From: Emiliania huxleyi CCMP1516
Taxonomy: Eukaryota
Assembly: GCF_000372725.1 (NCBI RefSeq)
Contig: NW_005201851.1
Location: 185,953-227,390, forward strand
Length of the DNA: 41,438 nucleotides
Direction: 5' to 3'
Shown: in pieces, positions 22,161-32,389 of the stretch
Layout: every line of letters begins with the position of its first letter
Numbering within the stretch: the stretch's first letter is position 1
Notes under the pieces: generated by a model
Database searches by the model: none
What the model was told of the DNA's origin: nothing
The model's input: only the letters and a program-made list of their open reading frames with translations
Position numbers and translations under genes: made by a program

Positions 22161-23054
22161 TTTTTACGCGCAACGCCCTGTAGAGGGCGTGGCGTGGGAA
22201 TTTAAAAACAAATTCTCCGGAACTGAGACCACGGTTGAAGCGTGTCCCAGCTGAACGCCCCCCAAAGCACGCGCGCGCAGCGCCATATAGGCAGTGTGTG
22301 GTAGGGATGAGAGTGGTCTGACCGTGGAGAATCCTGGTCGCGGCCCTCTGTAGTATCGCGAGGCGTCCCTCTTCTCTCGTTCGCCGAGAGATCGTCATCT
22401 GAACCCGAAGATCGGTGCCCAGCATGTATTGTGGTGATAGTGAGTCGCACGCGGTCACGTGCGTTGGTTGCGGGTGATGGAATTCCCGCGACAGGGCGAG
22501 CCTGGTCCTCATCCGAGGCTGACATATTTGTAGAAGGTATTCAAAGTACGAAGGCACCATTATGTACCGATGGGGGAGTGGCGCAATTATGCACCGAGTT
22601 GTGACACCACAACAAAGAGGTCGACTGTCTCGCAGCGCGTGCCGCCCAGCGAAAGCAGTCGGGAAACTATTACGTGCCAATATTTGGGCGCCGTCGGCGC
22701 CCAAGGTGCCAGTATTAAGGACATAGGTGGCGAGACGTGCCACTGCACAGGGTGTGGGAATATAGGGATATAGGTAGATTATTCATCACTGTGGGGGGGG
22801 GGGGGGGGGAGTGTGTGATAATAGGGGTGCTGAGGTGGGGCTGGGTGGAGGTGATTCTCACACAGTGTTGCCGGTGTCACAGCTCGCTCTCAGGTATCTG
22901 ATCCTGCTACCACACAAGTGAGACGCCCGAATGAATCAAATTCCGGCGCCCCAGACGAAAAAGGTCAAGAATTGGCGAGAGTCACGACACACACCACTGA
23001 TCCGTCGTGAAAAGAAGAGCTGCGGATCACTGCTGCTTCATGGGTTCATGGCTC

Positions 23055-23798
23055 GTTGTGCGAGTATATGGGACACGATGTCTCAAATATGAGGGGTTTT
23101 GACTCCTACCGGCTCCTGACGCTATCCCTGGCAGCTCTAATGACCAGGATCAGTAGTGCTATGATAGAGGCTGCCCATACTAGCGCAGGAGCTGCCACAC
23201 TCGCCCGGACCGTCCCCCTCTGGGGCCGGTTCCGCAGCCCGCGAGAGCCGACAGCGGGGCCGTGCCGCGGGTGCCTACTGCCGAGTGCCACAAACACTGC
23301 GCCGTCCCGCCACCACCTACAGGCTGTCTTGTGTGATGGTTGGGATGTCCAAACGCCACCATCTTGGCTCTTGCGACCTCAAACCCGCGAGCTGTATGGG
23401 TGGTCCTGACGTCGACAGACGCCCGAGGACCACGGTGAAGCTGAGCCGGAACGCGTCGACAAGTCTCGTCTGAGCCCGTGGCGGTCGCCGGCTGAGTCGC
23501 CGTGCACGGCCCGGTACCTCAGGCGTCACCTCCGCAGCCTCAGGTCTCAAACTCCACCACCTCCGCCAGGACGCCGTCGGTGGCACGCTCGGCGGCGAGT
23601 TTGTGGCAGCTCCACAGCGAGCGCGGCATCGAGCCTAATCGGTCTGGTCGGTCGGCCGCACTCACTGGGTGCCAGGGAGTGCGGCCGACACTCGAGCGGT
23701 GCTTCCTGGCAGCGCGCGCCGGCTGTGGGGCTGCCACAAACTCGAGACACGCTTTTTTGGGACATTTTCGACGCTTTTGTCCCATATACTCACACAAC
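23055..23798. mobile_element. MITE-like TIR element, 744 bp
   Basis: 21-bp TIRs GTTGTG(C/T)GAGTATATGGGACA with one mismatch. Flanks ATGGCTC and ATGCCTC form an imperfect 7-bp TSD. Internal TGCCACAAAC motifs in both orientations. Confidence 0.7.
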
Positions 23799-24011
23799 AT
23801 GCCTCATTAGCCACGCGTTCGCAATCACCTGCACTCGACGTGACTCGACACAAGTCACTCTCACAAGTATTGTATGCTTTGCACATCGCGATTCGGTGTC
23901 GATTCCTTAAGTTTTGCGTGTGAGCACCACCCTGTCCGCTCTCTCTCTCTCTCTCGACTCTCTGTCCCTGACACATCCTTTGTGGCGGCGAGCGGAAAAA
24001 AACGTCGCGGA

Positions 24012-25433
24012 TCACCCGCCCCTCTGCTCCTCGATCTTCTTGGGCAGCAGCTGATTCGACAGGTCCTCTCCGTGGCCTAGGCTGCCACTGCCGCCCTTGC
24101 CCCACGTGAAGCCGGCACTGTCAGCGGTGAGGGCGATGCTGTGTTGGGCTCCAGCAGACACAGCGACGACGCGCTGGCCAGCAAACGGCTCGACCTTCTT
24201 CGGCAGCAGCTGCCTCTCCTCAACGCCGTGGCCCAAGATGCCATGGATACCAGCGCCCCAGCTCCAGACGCTGCCGTCGGCGGCGGTGGCGAGAGTATGC
24301 GCGAGTCCAGCCGACAGAGCGACAACGCGCTGGCCAGCAAACGCCTCGATCTTCTTGGGCAGCAGCTGCCTATGCTGGTCGCCGTGGCCCAACCGGCCAC
24401 CGGCTCCCCAGCCCCAGCTCCAGACGGCGCCGTCGGCAGTGAGGGCGAGGCTGTGCGCGTCTCCAGCCGTCACAGCTAATATGCGCCGGCCAGCAAAGGC
24501 CTCGATCTTCTTTGGCAGCAGCTGCGTCTGCTCGTCGCCGTGGCCCAACCGGCCACCGGCTCCCCAGCCCCAGCTCCAGACGGCGCCGTCGGCGGTGAGG
24601 GCGATACTGTGGTGCTTTCCAGCCGACACAGCGACGATGCGCCGCCCAGCGAAGGCCTCGACCTTCTTTGGAAGCAGCTGGCCCTGCTGGTCGCCGTGGC
24701 CCAGCTGGCCAAAGGCTCCACTGCCCCAGCTCCAGACGGCTCCGTCGGCGGAGATAGCGAGGCTGTGGAAGCGTCCAGCCGACACAGCGACGACGCGCTG
24801 GCCAGCCAAGGCCTCGATCTTCTTGGGCTGCCACTCGGTCAGCGCGTCGCCGTGGCCCAACTGGCCCACGCCTCCCTCGCCCCAGCTCCAGACAGTGCCG
24901 CTGCCGGTGCGGGCGAGGTTGTGCCATGTTCCAGCCGACACACTCACGGCGCGCTCGCCGCCCAGCCCCGACGGCAGCCGGGTCGGCGTGTTGAGCCGCG
25001 TTACGCCCGCACCGTGGCCTAGGAGGCCTGGCGTCCACATGTCCACCTTGCCGCACGACGAGAGCCGCCCCTCGCCGTCAATGAAAACGCTGTGCTGATG
25101 GCCTGCTGCCGCCCTCGCCGGCGGGTTGGACTCGCGCAGCAGCGCCGAGTAGCACAGCCACCGCACGGCGCACTCGCCCTCCGGCAGCGCCGGCAGCTCG
25201 AAGCCGCGCTCTTGCGCCCACAAGCGGATGGCGTCCACCGCAAGCGAGGCGTGAAAGAGGAGCGAGACGGCCGCGACGCGAGCGATGTCGGCGGGGTCGC
25301 AGCGAGAGATGACGCGCACGAGGAGGTCCGTGGGGAGGTCGAGGAGGCGGGCGGGCGGCGGCGTGTCGGGCGAGGGCGCGGCGGTGGAGGCTGTGGCGAG
25401 GCGGCGCGAGCGGCGGCGCGGCGGGGCAGACAT
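24012..25433 (-). CDS. F-box + RCC1-repeat protein
   Basis: LLDLPTDLLVRVISRC (F-box), then about 7 RCC1 repeats (VSAG..HSLA.TADGAVWSWG.G..G.LGHGD...QLLPKK). Intronless. Start at 25433 or 25460. Confidence 0.92.
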   Translation of the reverse strand: MSAPPRRRSRRLATASTAAPSPDTPPPARLLDLPTDLLVRVISRCDPADIARVAAVSLLFHASLAVDAIRLWAQERGFELPALPEGECAVRWLCYSALLRESNPPARAAAGHQHSVFIDGEGRLSSCGKVDMWTPGLLGHGAGVTRLNTPTRLPSGLGGERAVSVSAGTWHNLARTGSGTVWSWGEGGVGQLGHGDALTEWQPKKIEALAGQRVVAVSAGRFHSLAISADGAVWSWGSGAFGQLGHGDQQGQLLPKKVEAFAGRRIVAVSAGKHHSIALTADGAVWSWGWGAGGRLGHGDEQTQLLPKKIEAFAGRRILAVTAGDAHSLALTADGAVWSWGWGAGGRLGHGDQHRQLLPKKIEAFAGQRVVALSAGLAHTLATAADGSVWSWGAGIHGILGHGVEERQLLPKKVEPFAGQRVVAVSAGAQHSIALTADSAGFTWGKGGSGSLGHGEDLSNQLLPKKIEEQRGG

Positions 25434-26335
25434 CGCGAGGAAAAGAATTTTACCGCTCATGGCGCCGATTCCTCAGAAGCCGTCGCCCGAGAAAAAGAAT
25501 TTATAAAACGCAAGGGTTAACTCCATCGCGCTAAGCGACGAACCTGCCCCCGCCCCGCGGGGCGGGGGCCCCCGCCCCCCCGGGGGGCCCTTTGGGGCCC
25601 CTCCAGGGGGCGACCCCTCCGGGGAGGCCGGCCTTCCCCGTGCCGGTTCTCCCCAACCAACCCCGCCGGCAGCGCGAGCTGCCGGCCACATTGAGCGGTT
25701 CGTCCGCGTCGCGCACTCGTCCCAACCGGGGGCCGCAGACTCGTTCTGCGCGCCAACGGCTGGTGACGCTGTGTTGCCCTTGAGCTAGTCCTTCCCCGGT
25801 CGCCTAGCAAGGAAAAGCCTCTGCGCTGTCTGGCGAACGCCTGTATGCCATGCGCGCGGACCACGCTTGCGTGGATACGTGGCTGGCAGGCTGACCTGTG
25901 TGCGGGGTAACCCGCGCACGGGGAAGCTTCATGGGTTCGAGTCGTCAAACATTGAGCAGCGGAGGTGTGCCGAGGTGGACCGGGAGGCGGTAAGTCGTCG
26001 TCGCCCGGCGCTGCTTGCAGCACCATGGCGATGACGCTAAGAGGTTCCTCTTTTCCGCGCCCCCCCCCCGCAAGGCGCGCGATACACACGGGGACCCCAG
26101 CGCCAGCGTCATCTGTGGAGGTACAAGTGTCCGAAGAGAGAGTGGACCTGCGCAACGATATGAGTTGGCGGCAAATGATAGCAGTGCCAGTGGGCGTCAG
26201 AACAAGAGCCGTCCTTTATGATGTAACATACTTCCGGGCCGGTGTGCGGGGAGCGAACCTTAACGACCGCCCAGAAGCTTCTGAGCGAACCAATCGGGCC
26301 AGGATCATCAGCATATGTCCCCTCCACAACATCGT

Positions 26336-26610
26336 GGGCGTTTGAGCACGCCCCCGCCCTCTTCTCCGCCGCGGTGCTGCCGGCCGCGCTCCTGCTCAAG
26401 CTGCGACACTGGCCCGAGAGCCTGCTCCCCGCGTCGTCCGCGTTTGACCGGTCGCCGCTGCACAGCCACAGCCTATGGCACCTGCTCGTGTGGGCCGTGC
26501 AGGCTTGGAGATGCGGGGAGATACCGGGAGTTCTGGGAGTTATATGGCAGCGCGGCCGCCCTGGCGGCGCGGGAGGAGGTGGAGGCGGAGGCGACGTGCA
26601 GCTCTCTTAA
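26336..26610 (+). pseudogene. Orphan 3' fragment of a PAQR/hemolysin-III membrane protein
   Basis: LKLRHWPESLLPASSAFDRSPLHSHSLWHLLVWAVQ matches the PAQR C-terminal PE...FD....SH..WH motif. No recognisable 5' exons; the 3' limit is approximate. Confidence 0.6.
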
Positions 26611-26692
26611 ATCACTGAACTTGGTAGCTACCAGCCCTCTTCTTGTAAAACGAGTTTGCCCGCAAGTGTACCTTACTAGCGTTCTTTTCCAT

Positions 26693-28887
26693 TCAATCAT
26701 AGAGGTGTGCCGTTTTACATATAGTGAATCGGCCGCTCTCGACCACACGGCGCCAGCCTCGCCCCCACGCGCGCACGAGCGGGTACAACCAGGGAAGCAT
26801 GTTCATCTGCTGCACCGCCATGCCATTCCCCAGCTGCGGCCCGTGCTTCGCCTCGAGTGCATCTACCAGTGCCACCTGGCCCGCGAGGCCGATCCGATTG
26901 TTCGAGGCTATCACGCGACATCCCTGACCCGCGGCCGGGAGGGCAGCCGCGAGTGCCATCGCGCCCTCGTCGCCCACGTCGCACCACCCCAAGTGCAGTC
27001 CATGCGACGGCTTCCCCGTCGCCAGCGCCGCTGCTAGCGCCACGGCTCCCTCGTCGCCAATAGGCATGGAACCGACGTTGAGCATCTGCAGCGTCGGCGC
27101 CACGCCGCGATGGAACACGCCGCAGAGCGCGCCGACGCCGCGCGCGCCGAAGCGGTTTGACCCTACGTAGAGGGACTCAAGCGCCGGGAGCGCGGCGTCC
27201 TCGAGCCCCGCCGCTAGCTCCGCCACGCCCTCGTCGTCGAGGCGATTCCCAGTTAGGATGAGGGTCCGGAGGCTCTCGCAATGGTTCAGCGCCTCAGCCA
27301 GCAGCGCCGGGCTAGTCCACGCGTCGCCACGCACGAGCGGCAGCCCATAGTAGTAGAGCTTCTCGACTGTGCCCAGCACTGCCTTCGCCGTCTTTTTGTA
27401 GAGCGCGAGCACGGTCGCCGAGTCGGCGCCGTTGGTGAAGCGGCAAGCGGCGAGCAGCGTCGCCATGCGCTCCGGAGTCGCGGGGAGCCGCCGCTGAGCG
27501 CCGCCGTCGTCGCTGGCGACGTCGATGACGAGCTTCCACTTGGCAAAGCCCAGCTTAGAGAGCTTTGCGCCCAGCTCTGCGGAGCACCGCTCGAATGTCG
27601 TCCAGCCGCGAGTGTCGTAGGTCCGGCTCCGGTCAAAGCCGGCGGGCAGCTCGTCGGGCAGCTGCGTGAGCAGCACGACCGTGACCGAGGCGTGCGCGTA
27701 CCAGAGGTCCTAACGCGAAAGGTAAAGCCAACGTGCCGTGAGAGTTGTGCATGTTGTGGCGCTATCGGGCTGGGAAAGGGGCTGGCGTGTGCTCACCATC
27801 GTGTTGTCCAGCATGCGATCGAAGGCGGCCTTCTCCGCGGCCGACCGGCTCGCCTCATACGCGCGCCGCTCGGCAAACAGCGCAGGGTCCTTCTGGTAGC
27901 CTGCGCTCCAGTCCAGAAACACGCCCTGCGCGAGCCAGGAATGGAGTGGCGGTGAGGATGAGTGTGGCGATAGGCAAGGTGCGGGAGGCAGCTCACCATG
28001 TCCGAGAAGCCGTACTCGCGGCACGCGCCGAGCAGGCCTCGCCCGCCATAGAGGCCCCGCAGCTTGCGGGAGAGCAGCTGGAGTTGGCGGCCCTCACGAT
28101 CTGGATGCGCCGCCTCGAGCCAGCAGTAGGAGACGGAGATGATCGGAAGCAGCCGGTCGGGGTTGCGCTTGCGGCCGAAAAAGCTCGCGCAAAAGCCGAG
28201 AAAGGATGAGAGGGAGGGCTCCTTGCTGAAGCGCTCAAAGGCCTCCACAAAGCCGGCGAGGTCAAAGCCGCGCCTGGCGCCTTGCTCGATCCGCCTCAGC
28301 TGAGCAGAGCTTAAGAAGGCCTCGTCTGGCAGGTCCTGCCGCCGCGGGAGCACGCCGCCCCGCTCTGCCAGCGCCATGAGCCATTTCAGACTGATAAGCC
28401 GCACATCTCCCGGCCGGACATTGTCGCCGTCGCCCTCGAGGGCAGCCCAGACGGAGTCGTGCCCGCGGTAGCGGGCGCCGTCGATGGTGTTTGGGCGCGA
28501 CCGGTCGCGAGCGTGAAGACCTGCCTCGGTGTCGGGGAGCGTCGGCTCGCGGTAGGGGAGCTGTGAGCTGCCTCGGCAGAGGCTGTAGACGGCGAGGGTG
28601 AGAGAGTTCCGGAGGAAGAGACCCTCGATCAGATTTGTCGCTAAGAATAAGATGGTAATCGGCAGGTCGACGAAGAGCACCATCGGAATCAGATATGGAA
28701 GGCGACGCCAGGCGAGGAGGGCGGGAGGCACGCCAACAGCAGCGTCGGAGCTGCAGAGGCCGAGCGCGATGAATGGCGAGAATAGGAGAACGTGTATTGG
28801 AAGGATAATCAAACAGAATGCTGGCGAGAGCACGAAGCCCACGAGCGTCTCAACGCACGAGCGCAGCAGGCGGGCGGTGAGACCCAT
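26693..28887 (-). CDS. Membrane-anchored HET(TIR-like)-domain + LRR (RNI/NLRC3-like) protein, 678 aa
   Basis: Exons 28887-27997, 27925-27797 and 27709-26693 (GT-AG, in frame). Hydrophobic N-terminus, then IISVSYCW...HPD, VFLDWSAGYQ, MDLWYAHASVTVVLL and YDTRGWTTFE, then LRRs LxxLxLxxNxLxDEG. Confidence 0.8.
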
Positions 28888-29125
28888 AAAACCCAGAAGC
28901 AGCCGCCCAAACAAGGCGTGACAAACAGCTCTCGGCGGCTCGCTTCACGGAATTCTTTTCTCTCTCTCTCGAGGTTCTCGAGGTGAGCGGGAGCGGGGCA
29001 CGCTCGGGAGGGATGGGGTGGTCGGTCTCGCATGTGGGGGCCTTGTACGGGGCAGGATGGCCACCTTACCTTGCTCCTTCTCACTATACCCCCAGCCACG
29101 ACCCCGGGGCACGGTCCACAGGCAC

Positions 29126-30807
29126 CTCTGGGCCGGCGCGGGGGCCCCAGAGGGTGTCCATGCGGGGGGGAGATGGGGTCCCATGGCCCGCCGCAGGCGC
29201 CGATTTTTTGCAGTTTTTTTTCTTTTTTCGCGATTTTTTACTTGTTTTCATGGGAATTCGGCGTACTTGCGGCCATGCTATCACGCCTTGCGACAGCCTG
29301 TCGGCGCTGCTGACCGTGCCATGCTGCACAATTGATCACCTGCATAGCTCGCGGCCTTAGTATCAAGCATTCAGTGACGACCGATCGGCCAGTAGGAAGG
29401 TGTCCTTCCAGCTGCGTGCACGCTTCTGGCGCAATGCGCGTCACCTCGGATTGGCTGCTGGCACTCTCGAGGCTATGCCTACACAGCCTCGCGCGCATGG
29501 GCAGTCAAGAGGGACCACGCACCTTCTCAGGACAGCGCCGGTGCCTCTCTCTTGGACCTGCAAACTTGGTGGTCTCGTGTCACCAATGTGGGACCAGTGC
29601 GGCATCGCGCCATCGACAGCTCTGAACTGCACCTCACCACTGACCGGGAAGGCCGCCAAGTGGGCCAGCACAGGTCGCACATTGTGGCAGCAGTCAGCAG
29701 TGCATGGCTGATAGCTAGAGCAGCAGCGTCAGGGTCGCAGGGTCGGATCGTGTCAAGCCTCTCGCCCGGCCGGCCGCGTGCAGACGTCGGCCTGTCTGCT
29801 GTCTGGAGTGATCTGTCGGCGGTCAGTACGACCGATCAGGTCGGAGTTTTCTGATGGTTGGAGGGTCTATCTGTATGTACTCCTCGAGATCTCTCCAAAT
29901 CTGCCCTCTACTTAACCGTACTTAATCGGGAAGTCGGTGCTCATAGAGACTCATAGAGCCGGAGCCCCGTTTCCGCACTGCGGCGCGGCGCACGGTGCCT
30001 CCGACTGGGTCCAGCCCTGGGTGGCGCAAGATCTGACGTTCTGTGACAATCGTCAGATCCGTGTTTTTCTCGTTGTTTTGTCGCTCGCTCCGCTCGCCAC
30101 CTCACGCTCCGTAGTCCGGCCATGGCCAGTACCCCGCGTCTCAGTGAGACGCGTGGTACCATCCAACTCCGGTCGAAGGGCTCGAATGCGCTCAGCCTCA
30201 GGAGGAACAAAACCACGCAAATTCTGCACGCCTCACTGCGCCGCTGGCTTGACTGAATCAGGCAGCAGGCTGCTGCTGCTGCTGCCACAGCAGCAGTCTG
30301 CTGCGGCCCTAATACGCAAGTTAATGACTAGCAGCACTGCCGGGGGCATACGAGCCGCCACAGCCGGTGTGCGGCCGTGCACTGCCACCTGCCTGCGGCT
30401 ACGCACAATGTGCGCTCGCATTGGATGAGCCCTGCTGATGGACCTGCGTCGCCTAGCTGCACGAGAGCAATGCCGCAGTCGGTGGCCGTGGCATACACTG
30501 CGAGCACACTCGGTGCAGCTGCGAGGTGCAGCAAGAGCACGTCGTTCCTGCCTCTGATGCCACTCTCGCGGCTTGTAGCGCGTCACTCGCGCATGCTCTC
30601 CAGGAGCTATGGCGGGCGCGTGTGTGGGGCTGTAGCCTGTGTTTGGCCGGTTCTGACCCGTTTACTATCAGTATCATGCCCGGGCCACAAAAAATCGCAC
30701 ACGGGTAGCGGCTCAGGGGCCCAGTAAGTCGCGGAATCGCCAAATGTCACAACCTGCGCCACCCAGGGCTGGACCTAGTCCTCCGGGGGGCCCCGCGCCG
30801 GCCCAGA
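29126..30807. mobile_element. Non-autonomous TIR DNA transposon, 1682 bp
   Basis: 28-bp TIRs CTCTGGGCCGGCGCGGGG.CCCC.GAGG with 2 mismatches. Flanks ACAGGCAC (29118-29125) and ACAGGCAT (30808-30815) form a 7-8-bp TSD. Confidence 0.75.
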
Positions 30808-30951
30808 GACAGGCATGCGGCCATTGAAATAGGGAGAGGTGTGGTCCGGAAAACTTGACTATTGCCCTATGACTTGAACCCTTCCACTTCATCAGACCCG
30901 ATCGTGAAGAGAGTCACGGGGTGGCGGCGAGGTGAGAGAAATCTTTCCTCA

Positions 30952-32227
30952 CTATTGCCTCGAGCGGACCACACGCTGGAGGACCAATGCCGTCAAGGCA
31001 CCGGCCACAAACATTCCTGTCAGAGGCACCGCATTGCCAAAAGCCGCTTCGCTTCCCGTTCCTGCGGCGCCGTCGGGTCGCCAATACTTCTTCGTTACGA
31101 GTTCGGCAAAGTGCTTCCGATCGTCCTCCCGGTGGTCGCGCACGTCAGTGAGAGGCGCGAGCTCGGCGGAGTGGAACTGGTCCGTGAAGTCGTCGAGGCG
31201 CGCCCGCGCCGTGGGGTTCGCCGCGAGGTGGTCCCACCACTTCGTACGGATATCATTCTTTTCTTTTGCCGAGAGCGCGCCGCGTTCGGTACTCGCCGAG
31301 CCGCAGTACTTGAGGTCGAACAGTCGCTGCAGAATCATAGCGGTCGCGACGGAGAGGTTAAGGGATTCTGTGAATCCGTACATTGGGAGGAACACTTGCC
31401 GGTCGCATCCCGTCAGGATCTCATCGGACACCCCCAACGCCTCCCCGCCGATCACAATGGCCAGCTTCTGCGGCAGCTCCGCCGCCGGCAGCGTGTTCGA
31501 CAGCTTGAGGGCCGTCGGCGAGAACGCGGTGGCCCAGATGGTCCACCCCTCCTGCTTCATCGCGTTGAGGCACTCCTGGCTGGTCGTGAATTTTCCGCAT
31601 GCTTAGCCATCGATCCGCTCCCTTCGACACGCTCGTAGTCCGGGGAAAGCACTCCTTGCTTGAGGTCGGGCGGTCTGGGTTGAGGGCGTTTGCAATGCCC
31701 GTCGAGACATGCGGTGGTTTGTATTCGGGATTGACGAGCTTCATGGCTTCCTCCGCAGCGTAGCGCATTGCCGTCTTCTTCGTCTTGTCCCCCCTCCCGA
31801 CCACCGTGGTCCCGTCGGGTAGGGTACACGTCACACGCCACATGTCCCCAAACCCGCGGGGGGCCATGTTGTTAACGGTGTACGACGGCAAGCCGAGTTC
31901 CCTCTCTTTCATGAAGATATGCAGCTGCCCGACAATCTGCGCGTGCGGCGGCAGATCTTTCGGTGCGTCGGCCGGAGGGACGTACACCTCGCTCGCCGCG
32001 AGGTTCTTGAAATACTCTGGCGCTACCGTCCACAGGTTCTGCACCCCGAGCGCCTCCGCCGTGCGCATCACGGCCTGGATGTTGTGCTTGTCGCACACCC
32101 TGTCGAGTACCAGCAGGATGTCGCCGCACCGATGCGACAGCACAAGCTCTGCCCGCCGGAGGCGCTGCGGCACCTCCCCAGGCCCGGTTGGTGACTCGGG
32201 CCCGTCATCGGGGTGCAAGACGGGCAT
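30952..32227 (-). CDS. trmH: SpoU/TrmH RNA 2'-O-methyltransferase with inserted dsRBD and C-terminal hydrophobic tail; 1-nt frameshift
   Basis: SPOUT motifs LLVLDRVCDKHNIQAVMRTAEALGV, AIVIGGEALGVS and LPMYGFTESLNLSVATA. dsRBD: VGQLHIFMKERELGLPSY...GRGDKTKKTAMRYAAEEAM. One extra A in the run at 31591-31594 splits the ORF. Confidence 0.85.
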
Positions 32228-32389
32228 ATCATGATGTTATGTATGTAACTAGTGAGACGACTCGAGATTGGTTCGAGATTGGGGCAGAGCGAGTGGGAGA
32301 CTTTTCGGCGGGCGAAATGCGGCGGTTTGGATGCGTCCCCTTTGGGACGACCTGTTGGTACGACCTGTGGGACGACCTGGCAGCGACCG

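Noticed and set aside
24012..25433. UVR8 photoreceptor
   Set aside because: It lacks the GWRHT tryptophan motifs and has an F-box.
25540..25630. GC hairpin cluster as a structured RNA
   Set aside because: Homopolymer-rich, low-quality-looking sequence similar to 2290-2560, with no recognisable RNA family.
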